From Candidatus Methylomirabilis limnetica (GTDB lineage Bacteria; Methylomirabilota; Methylomirabilia; Methylomirabilales; Methylomirabilaceae), in the NCBI RefSeq assembly GCF_003044035.1, contig NZ_NVQC01000008.1, positions 1-32,000 on the forward strand: a stretch of DNA of 32,000 nucleotides, in the 5' to 3' direction. Every line of letters begins with the position of its first letter. Position 1 is the stretch's first letter. Shown piece by piece: positions 15,194 to 23,525 of the stretch. The position numbers and the translations under genes were made by a program. The notes under the pieces are model-generated. The model made no database searches and was not told the DNA's origin. It worked only from the letters and a program-made list of their open reading frames with translations.

Positions 15194-16678
15194 ATGGCGA
15201 TCGAAAAGATCATGGGGACCGAGACCGAGTTGGGGATCAGTGCCAGGGATCCTGCCGGTTTCGACCCCGTGTCCGGATCTAGCCTGTTGATTAATAGTCA
15301 TCGCCCCATCGCTGAGGTGAGGACGATGTGGGACTATGTGGGCGAGAATCCGCTCCTCGATGCCAGAGGATTTGAGGTAAGTGGGGATCACGAAAGGCCA
15401 AGCCAGGCGGATAATCGGACCATCAACAAGCCACTTCGAAACGGCGGCCGTCTCTATGTTGACGGGGCCCATCCCGAATACTCCACGCCGGAATGTACCA
15501 ACGCCCGAGATCTGGTCTGTTACGAGAAGGCCGGCGAGCGGATCTTCGAATTGTGCCTGGCCTCAGCCAACCTGACCCTTCCGGAGCGGCAGCGGATCGT
15601 CATCTATAAGAATAATAGCGACGGAAAAGGGAATAGTTACGGCCATCACGAGAACTACTTGATGGAGCGGCGGGTTCCCTTCGACCAGATCGTCCAGGGA
15701 TTTGCTCCTTTCTTAGTGACCCGTCTGATCTTTGCGGGCGCGGGCAAGGCCGGGGCCGAAAATGGCGCTGACCCTTGTCACTACCAGATCTCTCAACGGG
15801 CCGATTTCTTTGAAAGCTTTATCGGCCTCGACACCATGGCTAAGCGGCCAATCATCAACACCCGCGATGAGCCCCACGCCGACGAGGAGAAGTACCGCCG
15901 CCTGCACGTCATCGTCGGCGACTCCAACATGTCGGAGGTCGCGACCTACCTGAAGGTCGGGACGACCGCCATTGTCCTGGCCATGATAGAGGACGGCTTC
16001 ATCAAGCGCGACCTTACCCTCGAGGACCCCGTGCGGGCCATCAAGGAGATCTCCCACGACGTGACCTGCCGGCGCCGCGTGCGGCTGAAGCGCGGCAAGG
16101 AGTTCTCAGCCATCGAGATCCAGCGCGAGTACCTGGACCTTGCCCGCGAGTACTACCAGGACCGGGAACGGAGTCCCCAGGTGGCCGACCTCCTGGAAAG
16201 GTGGCAGCATGTCCTGGACCAGCTCGCTCTTGACCCGATGACCCTGCACCGCGAGCTCGACTGGGTCATCAAGCACGCGCTCATCACCTCCTACATCAAC
16301 CGCAAGGGCTGCTCTTTCGATGACCATCGCGTCTTCATGCTGGACCTGCAGTACCATGATCTCCGTCGGGACAAGGGACTCTACTTTACCCTCGAGCGCC
16401 AGGGATATGTTGAGCGGATCGTCACCGACGAGGAGATTCTCCTCGCCATGAAGACCCCTCCTCCGGATACCCGGGCCTACTTCCGCGGGATGTGCCTCCA
16501 GAAGTATCCCGACGAGGTCTATGGGACGAGCTGGAGTTCGGTCGTTTTTGATACCGGAGAGGCTTCGGTAAAACGAGTTCCCATGGTCGATCCGTTGAGG
16601 GGCACGCAGAAGTTGACGGCCGAGGTACTGGAACGCTCTGATACTGCCGCGGAGTTATTGGAGAACATCGCGGTCTAA
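15194..16678 (+). CDS. dop: Pup deamidase/depupylase Dop
   Basis: It is a member of the carboxylate-amine ligase family with PafA (GTETELGIS, NGGRLYVDGAHPEYSTPEC, HENY). Relative to the 452-aa paralog at 18362 it carries the roughly 35-40 aa Dop-loop-like insertion (WDYVGENPLLDARGFEVSGDHERPSQADNRTINK). Its 494 aa fit Dop rather than PafA. Confidence 0.9.
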   Translation: MAIEKIMGTETELGISARDPAGFDPVSGSSLLINSHRPIAEVRTMWDYVGENPLLDARGFEVSGDHERPSQADNRTINKPLRNGGRLYVDGAHPEYSTPECTNARDLVCYEKAGERIFELCLASANLTLPERQRIVIYKNNSDGKGNSYGHHENYLMERRVPFDQIVQGFAPFLVTRLIFAGAGKAGAENGADPCHYQISQRADFFESFIGLDTMAKRPIINTRDEPHADEEKYRRLHVIVGDSNMSEVATYLKVGTTAIVLAMIEDGFIKRDLTLEDPVRAIKEISHDVTCRRRVRLKRGKEFSAIEIQREYLDLAREYYQDRERSPQVADLLERWQHVLDQLALDPMTLHRELDWVIKHALITSYINRKGCSFDDHRVFMLDLQYHDLRRDKGLYFTLERQGYVERIVTDEEILLAMKTPPPDTRAYFRGMCLQKYPDEVYGTSWSSVVFDTGEASVKRVPMVDPLRGTQKLTAEVLERSDTAAELLENIAV

Positions 16679-16706
16679 CGCAAACGCGCTCCATTGATGG
16701 ATACTG

Positions 16707-17528
16707 ATGCCCTTACTTGCCGACTTTATGGATCCTGGATCGAGCTTTTTTGACCTGCTTCGGCAGAGTCGGTCGGATCTTCTACCACAGATGCAGATCA
16801 AGCTAGAAGGACTTTCGCAAGCCGAGAACCGGGAGCTGAAGGAGAGCCCTCACGGAACCACCATCCTGGCCCTGAAGTACCGGGATGGGGCGATCATCGC
16901 TGGAGATCGGCGGGCGACCGAGGGTTTCCAGATCTCGTCGCGACGAATCGAGAAGGTGTTCAAGGCGGATGACCACTCAGCCATCGCCATTGCGGGCGTC
17001 GCCGGTCCATGCATCGAGATGGCCAAACTGTTTGAAGTTGAACTCAGCCACTATGAAAAGCTGGAGGGTGTGACACTTTCGTTGGAGGGAAAGGCGAATA
17101 AGTTATCGCAGATGGTCAAGGCCAACCTCCCGATGGCGATGCAAGGACTGGTGGTGATCCCTATCTTTGTCGGTTACGACGTAAGAGGCGGTAAGGGCAA
17201 GATCTTCAAATACGACGTGACAGGCGGCAGGTACGAGGAAACAGATTACTATGCCACAGGCTCCGGCGGGAAAGATGCCCGTTCCACCATGAAGAAGCTC
17301 TATCGGACCGATTTGACCGAGGAGGAGGCGATAGCAGTCGGGCTGGAGGCGCTGATTGACGCAGCAGAGGAGGATGTCGGGACCGGTGGTCCGGACTTTG
17401 TTCGTGGAGTGTTTCCTACGGTCAAGCTGGCTGTCATGACGGGCCTGCAGGATGTGCCGGAGGCCCGCATCAGGGAGATCTGCCAGGCTATCATAGATCG
17501 CCGCAGGGAAGTCGAGCGAGGAGCATAA
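16707..17528 (+). CDS. prcB: 20S proteasome beta subunit PrcB (with propeptide)
   Basis: The propeptide contains SSFFDLLRQSRSDLLP, which I recall as similar to the M. tuberculosis PrcB propeptide. The predicted cleavage site and catalytic Thr1 are at HG/TTILALKYRDGAIIAGDRRAT. Confidence 0.95.
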   Translation: MPLLADFMDPGSSFFDLLRQSRSDLLPQMQIKLEGLSQAENRELKESPHGTTILALKYRDGAIIAGDRRATEGFQISSRRIEKVFKADDHSAIAIAGVAGPCIEMAKLFEVELSHYEKLEGVTLSLEGKANKLSQMVKANLPMAMQGLVVIPIFVGYDVRGGKGKIFKYDVTGGRYEETDYYATGSGGKDARSTMKKLYRTDLTEEEAIAVGLEALIDAAEEDVGTGGPDFVRGVFPTVKLAVMTGLQDVPEARIREICQAIIDRRREVERGA

Positions 17529-17532
17529 GCTG

Positions 17533-18222
17533 ATGGCGCTTCCCTATTATGTTTCGCCAGAGCAGATGATGCAGGATAAGGCGGAGTACGCCCGGAAGGG
17601 TATCGCCAAAGGGAAGTCGATTATCGTTTTAGAGTATGCTGACGGAATGCTGCTGATGGCCGAGAACCCCAGCGCCTCGCTCAACAAGATCTCCGAGATT
17701 TACGATCGGATCGCCTTTGCCGGCGCCGGGAGGTACAGCGAGTTCGAGAATCTGCGCAAGGCGGGGATTCGCTATGCGGATATGAAGGGCTTCGCCTATG
17801 ATCGGGAAGATGTAACGGCCAAGTCGCTCGCCAATGCCTACTCTCAAACCATCGGGAATGTCTTCAGCGAAGCCATGAAGCCGCTGGAGGTGGAGATCCT
17901 GGTGGTGGAGGTGGCCGATGGAGGGCTCCCCAACGAGGTGTACCGGATTGCCTTCGACGGTAGCATCGGCGACGAGAAGGGGTTTGCCGCGATCGGGGGG
18001 CAAGCCGAAGAGCTCCGGCTGCACCTGAAAGACAGCTACGAAGCAGGGCTTGATCAGAAGGCTGCTCTGAGGCTGGCTACGCAGGCGCTAGAAGCCGTGA
18101 GCAGTGCGAAGGTCAAGCCGCAGAGCCTGGAGGTGGCGGTTCTGGAGCGCAGTCGGATCGGTCGGAAGTTCCGTCGTCTTTCCCACAACGATCTCATGGC
18201 TATCCTCACGAATACCGATTAG
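17533..18222 (+). CDS. prcA: 20S proteasome alpha subunit PrcA
   Basis: MALPYYVSPEQMMQDKAEYARKGIAKGKS ... IYDRIAFAGAGRYSEFENLR is a bacterial alpha-subunit pattern. The gene starts 4 bp after prcB and has a GAGGAG RBS. Confidence 0.95.
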   Translation: MALPYYVSPEQMMQDKAEYARKGIAKGKSIIVLEYADGMLLMAENPSASLNKISEIYDRIAFAGAGRYSEFENLRKAGIRYADMKGFAYDREDVTAKSLANAYSQTIGNVFSEAMKPLEVEILVVEVADGGLPNEVYRIAFDGSIGDEKGFAAIGGQAEELRLHLKDSYEAGLDQKAALRLATQALEAVSSAKVKPQSLEVAVLERSRIGRKFRRLSHNDLMAILTNTD

Positions 18223-18361
18223 TACTTGATGGGCATCCTATACTCTACGTCATTCTCGCTCCCCTCGCGTCATTACCGAAAGTCCTCCCCCTAGCTTCTC
18301 CTGGCCAAATTCGATTGACCATCGCAGGCCCTTCCGATAGGATCGAATTGGAGCAATTGCA

Positions 18362-19720
18362 ATGCAAGAACGTATCCTTGGGCTGGAGAGCGAATACGGT
18401 CTGATCTCCTCCTCGGGCGGGGGACGGGTGAGCTTGTCGGTTGAAAGCGCCTTGGGCTATCTCTTTGAGAAGGTGGTGTCACGCCAGCGCGGGACAAATG
18501 ACTTCCTGAGAAACGGCGCGCGCCTCTATCAGGATACCGGCTGTCACCCTGAGTACGCGACCCCAGAGTGCGATAACTCGCGGGACTTGGTTATCCACGA
18601 CAAAGCGGGCGAGCGGATCGTGGAGGAGTTGCTACTGGGTGCCGAACAGAAGCTCCGCGAAAACGGCATCTACTGCGATATCTACATCTTCAAGAATAAT
18701 ACCGACTCGGTCGGGAATACGTACGGCTGTCACGAGAACTACCTGGTGCAGCGCGATGTGAGCTTCCACAAGCTCGCAGAGCAATTGATCCCATTCTTCG
18801 TCACGCGCCAGGTATTCGCGGGCGCAGGTAAGGTACTCCGAACGCGAATGGGGAACCACTACTATATCTCACAGCGGGCGCAGCACATCTATCAGGAGAT
18901 ATCGGGTGCGACGACCAGTTCACGCGGTATCATCAACACCCGCGATGAGCCCCACGCCGACGAGGAGAAGTACCGCCGCCTGCACGTCATCGTCGGCGAC
19001 TCCAACATGTCGGAGGTCGCGACCTACCTGAAGGTCGGGACGACCGCCATTGTCCTGGCCATGATAGAGGACGGCTTCATCAAGCGCGACCTTACCCTCG
19101 AGGACCCCGTGCGGGCCATCAAGGAGATCTCCCACGACGTGACCTGCCGGCGCCGCGTGCGGCTCAAGCGTGGCAAGGAGTTCTCGGCCGTCGAGATCCA
19201 GCGCGAGTACCTGGACCTTGCCCGCGAGTACTACCAGGACCGGGAACGGAGTCCCCAGGTGACCGACCTCCTGGAAAGGTGGCAGTATGTCCTGGACCAG
19301 CTCGCTCTTGACCCGATGACGCTGCACCGCGAGCTCGACTGGGTCATCAAGCACGCGCTCATCACCTCCTATATCAACCGCAAGGGCTGCTCTTTCGATG
19401 ACCAGCGCGTCTTCATGCTGGACCTGCAGTACCATGACATTAAGCGAACCCGCGGACTGTACTACCTCATGCTGCAGGGTGGGCTGATCGATCGGGTGAT
19501 CACAGAGGGTGAGATCGAGACGGCCATGACGACGCCGCCGCAGACGACCAGGGCCAAGGTGCGAAGCGATTTTATCAAATACGCGACAGAGAGGAACAAG
19601 TCATATGATGTGGGCTGGAGTTACCTGAAGCTGAACGATCGGTATCAGCGTACCATCCTATGTAAGGATCCGTTCAAGGCCTGGGATCCGCGTGTGGATG
19701 AGCTGATCGGTTTGTCGTAA
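18362..19720 (+). CDS. pafA: Pup-protein ligase PafA
   Basis: It is 452 aa and lacks the Dop loop. Motifs are LGLESEYGL, NGARLYQDTGCHPEYATPEC and CHENYLV. It sits after prcBA, as in actinobacterial loci. Confidence 0.9.
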   Translation: MQERILGLESEYGLISSSGGGRVSLSVESALGYLFEKVVSRQRGTNDFLRNGARLYQDTGCHPEYATPECDNSRDLVIHDKAGERIVEELLLGAEQKLRENGIYCDIYIFKNNTDSVGNTYGCHENYLVQRDVSFHKLAEQLIPFFVTRQVFAGAGKVLRTRMGNHYYISQRAQHIYQEISGATTSSRGIINTRDEPHADEEKYRRLHVIVGDSNMSEVATYLKVGTTAIVLAMIEDGFIKRDLTLEDPVRAIKEISHDVTCRRRVRLKRGKEFSAVEIQREYLDLAREYYQDRERSPQVTDLLERWQYVLDQLALDPMTLHRELDWVIKHALITSYINRKGCSFDDQRVFMLDLQYHDIKRTRGLYYLMLQGGLIDRVITEGEIETAMTTPPQTTRAKVRSDFIKYATERNKSYDVGWSYLKLNDRYQRTILCKDPFKAWDPRVDELIGLS

Positions 19721-19737
19721 TGGTCATGTATGGCAGG

Positions 19738-19806
19738 CTTAGCTTTCAGCGACCAGCCCTTCAGCACGTTTCGGTATGGCTGTTGATAGCTGATAGCTAA
19801 CAGCCG
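19738..19806. repeat. Heptad-palindrome intergenic element E2 (pafA-pepA spacer)
   Basis: The left arm is TTAGCtt TCAGCga CCAGCcc TTCAGC. The right arm is GGCTGtt GATAGCT GATAGCT AACAGCC. Confidence 0.5.
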
Positions 19807-19891
19807 CATTACGAGAGGGAGGGGTGGTAGCCGCCATTCCTCCAGTATGTGTGACTCTGACGTGGGCGTGGCATTTGAAAGGAGTGATCGA

Positions 19892-21412
19892 GTGAAGGTA
19901 GAGATCAGGACACAGGATCTACTCTCCTATGAAGGAGACGCGCTTATCGTGAATCTCTTCGAGGGGGTAGGGCATCCTGGCGGGGCGACAGGAGCAGTGG
20001 ACCAAGCGCTTGGAGGGTCCATCACCGCCGCCATCCGTCGCCAGGAGTTCAAAGGCAAACTGCATGAACGGCTCCTGCTGCATACCTTTGGGCAGCTTCC
20101 GGTCGTCCAGGTACTGGTGATCGGGCTGGGCAAGCAAGAGGAGTTCACCCTCGATCGTGTACGCTCGGCCTCGGCGGAGGCGATGCGCCAACTGCGTGCG
20201 GTTGGGGTGCGAAAGGTGGCATCCATCGTCCACGGCGCCGGTATCGGTGGCCTGCAGGCAGATCAGGCGGCGTGCGCCGTGACGGAGGGGGCATTGTTGG
20301 GCCTCTACCGGTTTGACAGATATAAGAAGCCGGAGGAGAACGGGCAGAAGGTCGTCCAAAAGCTGACGCTGCTGGAGTGCGACAGGGCCAAGGTTCCAGC
20401 AATGGAGGAGGGGGTGCGTCGCGGCCGGATACTGGCCGAGGCTGTGAGCTTTGCCCGTGACTTGGTGAATGAGCCGGGGAACATCCTGACCCCCTCTGAA
20501 CTTGCGACACGGGCTAAGAAGATGGCGAGCGGGTTGGGTCTCACCATCAAGATCCTGGAGCGCGCCGACATGAAGAAGCTTGGCATGGGGGCGCTTCTTG
20601 GGGTGGCTCAGGGCAGCCAGGAGCTCCCGAAGCTCATCGAGGTGAGCTACAAGGGGAGAAAAGGGAAGGGGACGGGTCCGCGTCTCGGCCTGGTGGGTAA
20701 GGGGGTGACCTTCGATTCTGGAGGCATCTCGATCAAGCCGAGCGAGGGGATGGAGGCGATGAAGGGTGACATGGCTGGCGGGGCGGCGGTCCTAGCAGCT
20801 ATCAAAGGGATTGCGGAACTGAAGCTCCCAGTGAATGTGACGGCTATCGTGCCGGCGGTAGAGAACCTTCCAAGCGGGACAGCCCAGCGCCCTGGCGATA
20901 TCGTCAAGGCCATGAACGGCAAGACGATTGAGGTCATCAATACCGACGCTGAAGGGCGGCTAATCCTGGCGGATGCTCTCTGTTACGCCTGCGACAGAGA
21001 CCTTACCCATCTCGTTGATGTGGCCACACTCACTGGCGCGGTTGTCATCGCCCTTGGGGCAGTACGGACGGGTGCCTTTACCAATGACGCCGAACTGCTG
21101 CGGCAGGTGAAGGAGGCGAGCGAGGCGGCCGGTGAGAAGATTTGGGAACTGCCCATGGATGATGAGTATGCCGAACAGATCAAGAGCGACTACGCAGATA
21201 TGAAGAATGTCGGCGGGCGAAAGGCCGGGCCGATTACCGGCGCGAAGCTTCTGGCGAACTTTATCGGCAAAACCCCATGGGTTCACCTGGACATCGCCGG
21301 GACCGCGCAAACCGAGAAGGAGAACGGGTATCAGGTGAAGGGGGCAACCGGGGCCATGGTCCGAACCCTGATCTATTTGGCGATGAGCTTCGCCGGGTCT
21401 GGTAAGGGGTGA
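19892..21412 (+). CDS. pepA: Leucyl aminopeptidase (M17 family)
   Basis: It has the NTDAEGRLILADAL signature, VGKGVTFDSGGISIKP and MKGDMAGGAAV. I prefer the GTG at 19892, which has GAAAGGAG 8 nt upstream, over the ATG at 19847. Confidence 0.92.
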   Translation: MKVEIRTQDLLSYEGDALIVNLFEGVGHPGGATGAVDQALGGSITAAIRRQEFKGKLHERLLLHTFGQLPVVQVLVIGLGKQEEFTLDRVRSASAEAMRQLRAVGVRKVASIVHGAGIGGLQADQAACAVTEGALLGLYRFDRYKKPEENGQKVVQKLTLLECDRAKVPAMEEGVRRGRILAEAVSFARDLVNEPGNILTPSELATRAKKMASGLGLTIKILERADMKKLGMGALLGVAQGSQELPKLIEVSYKGRKGKGTGPRLGLVGKGVTFDSGGISIKPSEGMEAMKGDMAGGAAVLAAIKGIAELKLPVNVTAIVPAVENLPSGTAQRPGDIVKAMNGKTIEVINTDAEGRLILADALCYACDRDLTHLVDVATLTGAVVIALGAVRTGAFTNDAELLRQVKEASEAAGEKIWELPMDDEYAEQIKSDYADMKNVGGRKAGPITGAKLLANFIGKTPWVHLDIAGTAQTEKENGYQVKGATGAMVRTLIYLAMSFAGSGKG

Positions 21413-21483
21413 GCGCCTGCAAGATTGGGGGGAACGATTCGCCGCGGCTTATCCAGGCTACACGCGCTCAATATTCCTGTATG

Positions 21484-21576
21484 GTCATTGCGAGGAGCAA
21501 AGTGACGAAGCAATCTTATTGTGATCCATGCGAGAGAAGCGAGATTGCCGCGCTCCTTTCAGTCGCTCGCAATGAC
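21484..21576. repeat. REP-like long imperfect palindrome between the convergent pepA and asnC-like genes (possible bidirectional terminator)
   Basis: gtcattgcgag pairs with ctcgcaatgac (11-bp outer stem) and gcaatct pairs with agattgc (inner stem). Spurious translation gives the familiar VIARSKVTKQS / SVARNDT strings. Confidence 0.6.
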
Positions 21577-21595
21577 ACTTTAGTGTGTGCTTGCC

Positions 21596-21826
21596 TTAGA
21601 CGGCGACGCAGGTCACGGTCCTTGTGACACCCTTCAAGGTGCGGATTTTCGAGAGGACAACCGCCCCGACCGTGCCGATGTCAGTTGCTTCAACGCACGC
21701 GATCACATCGTAGGGTCCGGTCACGGCGTGAGCCGACTTGACCCCTTTTATCTTCTGTAGCGCTTTCACAATAGTGGCCGTCTGCTCCGACGCGCCTTCG
21801 ATCAGGACATACGCAGTGGTTGTCAT
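21596..21826 (-). CDS. Stand-alone Lrp/AsnC-type ligand-binding (RAM) domain protein
   Basis: MTTTAYVLIEGASEQTATIVKALQKIKGVKSAHAVTGPYDVIACVEA...TVTCVAV is the typical AsnC_trans_reg fold pattern without an HTH. I chose the ATG at 21826 because AAGGAGG lies 7 nt upstream. Confidence 0.75.
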   Translation of the reverse strand: MTTTAYVLIEGASEQTATIVKALQKIKGVKSAHAVTGPYDVIACVEATDIGTVGAVVLSKIRTLKGVTRTVTCVAV

Positions 21827-22116
21827 AACGCATCCCTCCTTTTGGATAACCAAGCGTTAACGTGGGGTTATGATGAAAGAACCAGATCTTTCCGCCGGCA
21901 ACGTCGATCCAGGAACATCTGGCTATCCTTATGCCCTGGTCAGTAGCTCAATCTGGCGAGCGGACAATCGTGACTCGACGTATGTATACGATAGATGCCG
22001 GCGGTACACAAGCAGAAAAATACGCCGACCTGCCAAGGCGCATGAGAGCGCAATGGGGTATTTCGTTGCGTTTAGGCGCTCTTATCGGGTCTCGCTCTCG
22101 AGCTGATCTTGCACAC

Positions 22117-23325
22117 ATGGATCGACCAGGCGAGAGAGAACCCATAATCCTGTCAGGCTCAACCCATCGGGGGCGAGAGAGCTCTATCGACGAAACGATT
22201 TCCAGCTTTAATTTCTTCGTTGCCTCCCTTGCCAATTTTTTCTTTTTCGCCAGTCTCAATGCCTTCAGCTTACTTCCCCTTTACATCAAGACCCTCGGGG
22301 GGACCGAATCGCAGATCGGTTGGATCATGGGGAGCTACAGTCTGACGGCTATTCTTTGGCAGCCGCTGGCAGGCGCCTTCGTTGATCGCTTCGGGCGCAA
22401 GCGATTCCTCCTGCTGGGATCGGCATTAGGGTTGCTGGCCTCGGTCGGCTTTGCCTTCTCGACGCAAATGGATGCGCGATTTATTTTCTTTCGCATCCTG
22501 CAAGGTATCGGGTACTCCACCTTCTATATCGCCAATCTGACCCTGGTGGCTGAAATCGTTCCGTCGCACCGTCGCGGGGAGGCGGTGGGGCTTTTCGGCA
22601 TCTCCGGACTCATTACGATCGCTCTCTCTCCCGCCCTCGGGGAGATCGTGATCCATCGTGCGGGGTACTCGGCTTTCTTCTTAGCCGCCGCTGTGGCCGC
22701 GGCGGGCTGTCTTCTGACAAGCCTGGCGTTCCGTAATCTCTCAGCGACGCCCCTCAAAGCTGTCTCTTCCGGCCCCTCTTTCCTGATCCCATCAGCGCGT
22801 ATCCTTCCTCCAATTCTCCTCACGCTGGTGTTCGGTTTGGTCTCTGGGACGGTGTTCGTATTCCTACCGACCTATGCGATGCAGGCTGGGTTGTCGCGTA
22901 TCGGTGGGTTCTACGTCGCGTACAGCGTGGCTGCGATCGGCATCCGGTTGACCTGTGGCAGACTGTCTGATAGATGGGGGCGTCAGCGCGTCATCCTTCC
23001 CTCCCTACTGCTCATGGGATCCGGCACGCTAGGCCTTGTCTGGCTCGTCTCTCCTGTTGGTCTGCTGCTGGTTGGGACGCTAACGGGAATGGCTCACGGC
23101 TTACTTTTCCCAGCCCTGAGTGCCTACGCAATCGACCTCGCAGACTCGGAGGAGCGCGGACGCTCCATTGGCGCGTTCACTACCGCAATGTTGTTGGGCA
23201 ACGCCCTGGCGTCGTTCATATTCGGAATGGTCGCAGAGCAGTTCGGCTACCCGATGATCTACCTCTTGACTTCGGGAATTGTTGCGATTACGTATTTTGT
23301 ATTTCTTCGTTTTCACAGGGCGTAG
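22117..23325 (+). CDS. MFS transporter (start uncertain; the ORF opens at 21931)
   Basis: About 12 hydrophobic segments are present, with an MFS motif-A-like GAFVDRFGRKR after TM2 and a second-half repeat LSDRWGRQR. The region upstream of 22117 is non-hydrophobic and Arg-rich. Confidence 0.8.
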   Translation: MDRPGEREPIILSGSTHRGRESSIDETISSFNFFVASLANFFFFASLNAFSLLPLYIKTLGGTESQIGWIMGSYSLTAILWQPLAGAFVDRFGRKRFLLLGSALGLLASVGFAFSTQMDARFIFFRILQGIGYSTFYIANLTLVAEIVPSHRRGEAVGLFGISGLITIALSPALGEIVIHRAGYSAFFLAAAVAAAGCLLTSLAFRNLSATPLKAVSSGPSFLIPSARILPPILLTLVFGLVSGTVFVFLPTYAMQAGLSRIGGFYVAYSVAAIGIRLTCGRLSDRWGRQRVILPSLLLMGSGTLGLVWLVSPVGLLLVGTLTGMAHGLLFPALSAYAIDLADSEERGRSIGAFTTAMLLGNALASFIFGMVAEQFGYPMIYLLTSGIVAITYFVFLRFHRA

Positions 23326-23525
23326 TATAAAGGCGTATACGCTGCGTAGCTCTCTACCATTATCTGAAAGTAACCCGAACATTGCCGTGGCTCACAGCTT
23401 CGAAAGCGGTAGGCGAACGTGGTTATACTCGATGTCCACGATCTCTACGAGATAGATAAGGGTCACAACGAAACTCCTCATCGGTCCGATAGACGGGCGG
23501 GGTGTGAGGCCTGAAGCGAGGTGAT

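Noticed and set aside
15101-15472. 123-aa - strand ORF overlapping the dop start and element E1
   Set aside because: It is antisense to the well-supported dop N-terminus (GTETELGIS) and has no recognisable motifs.
21409-21853. Small ORFs near the proteasome cluster, considered as pup candidates (72-aa + ORF at 21409-21627; 85-aa - ORF at 21596-21853)
   Set aside because: The first is a REP palindrome translation (VIARSKVTKQS...). The second is an AsnC/RAM-domain protein. Neither is acidic and disordered, and neither ends in GG[QE].
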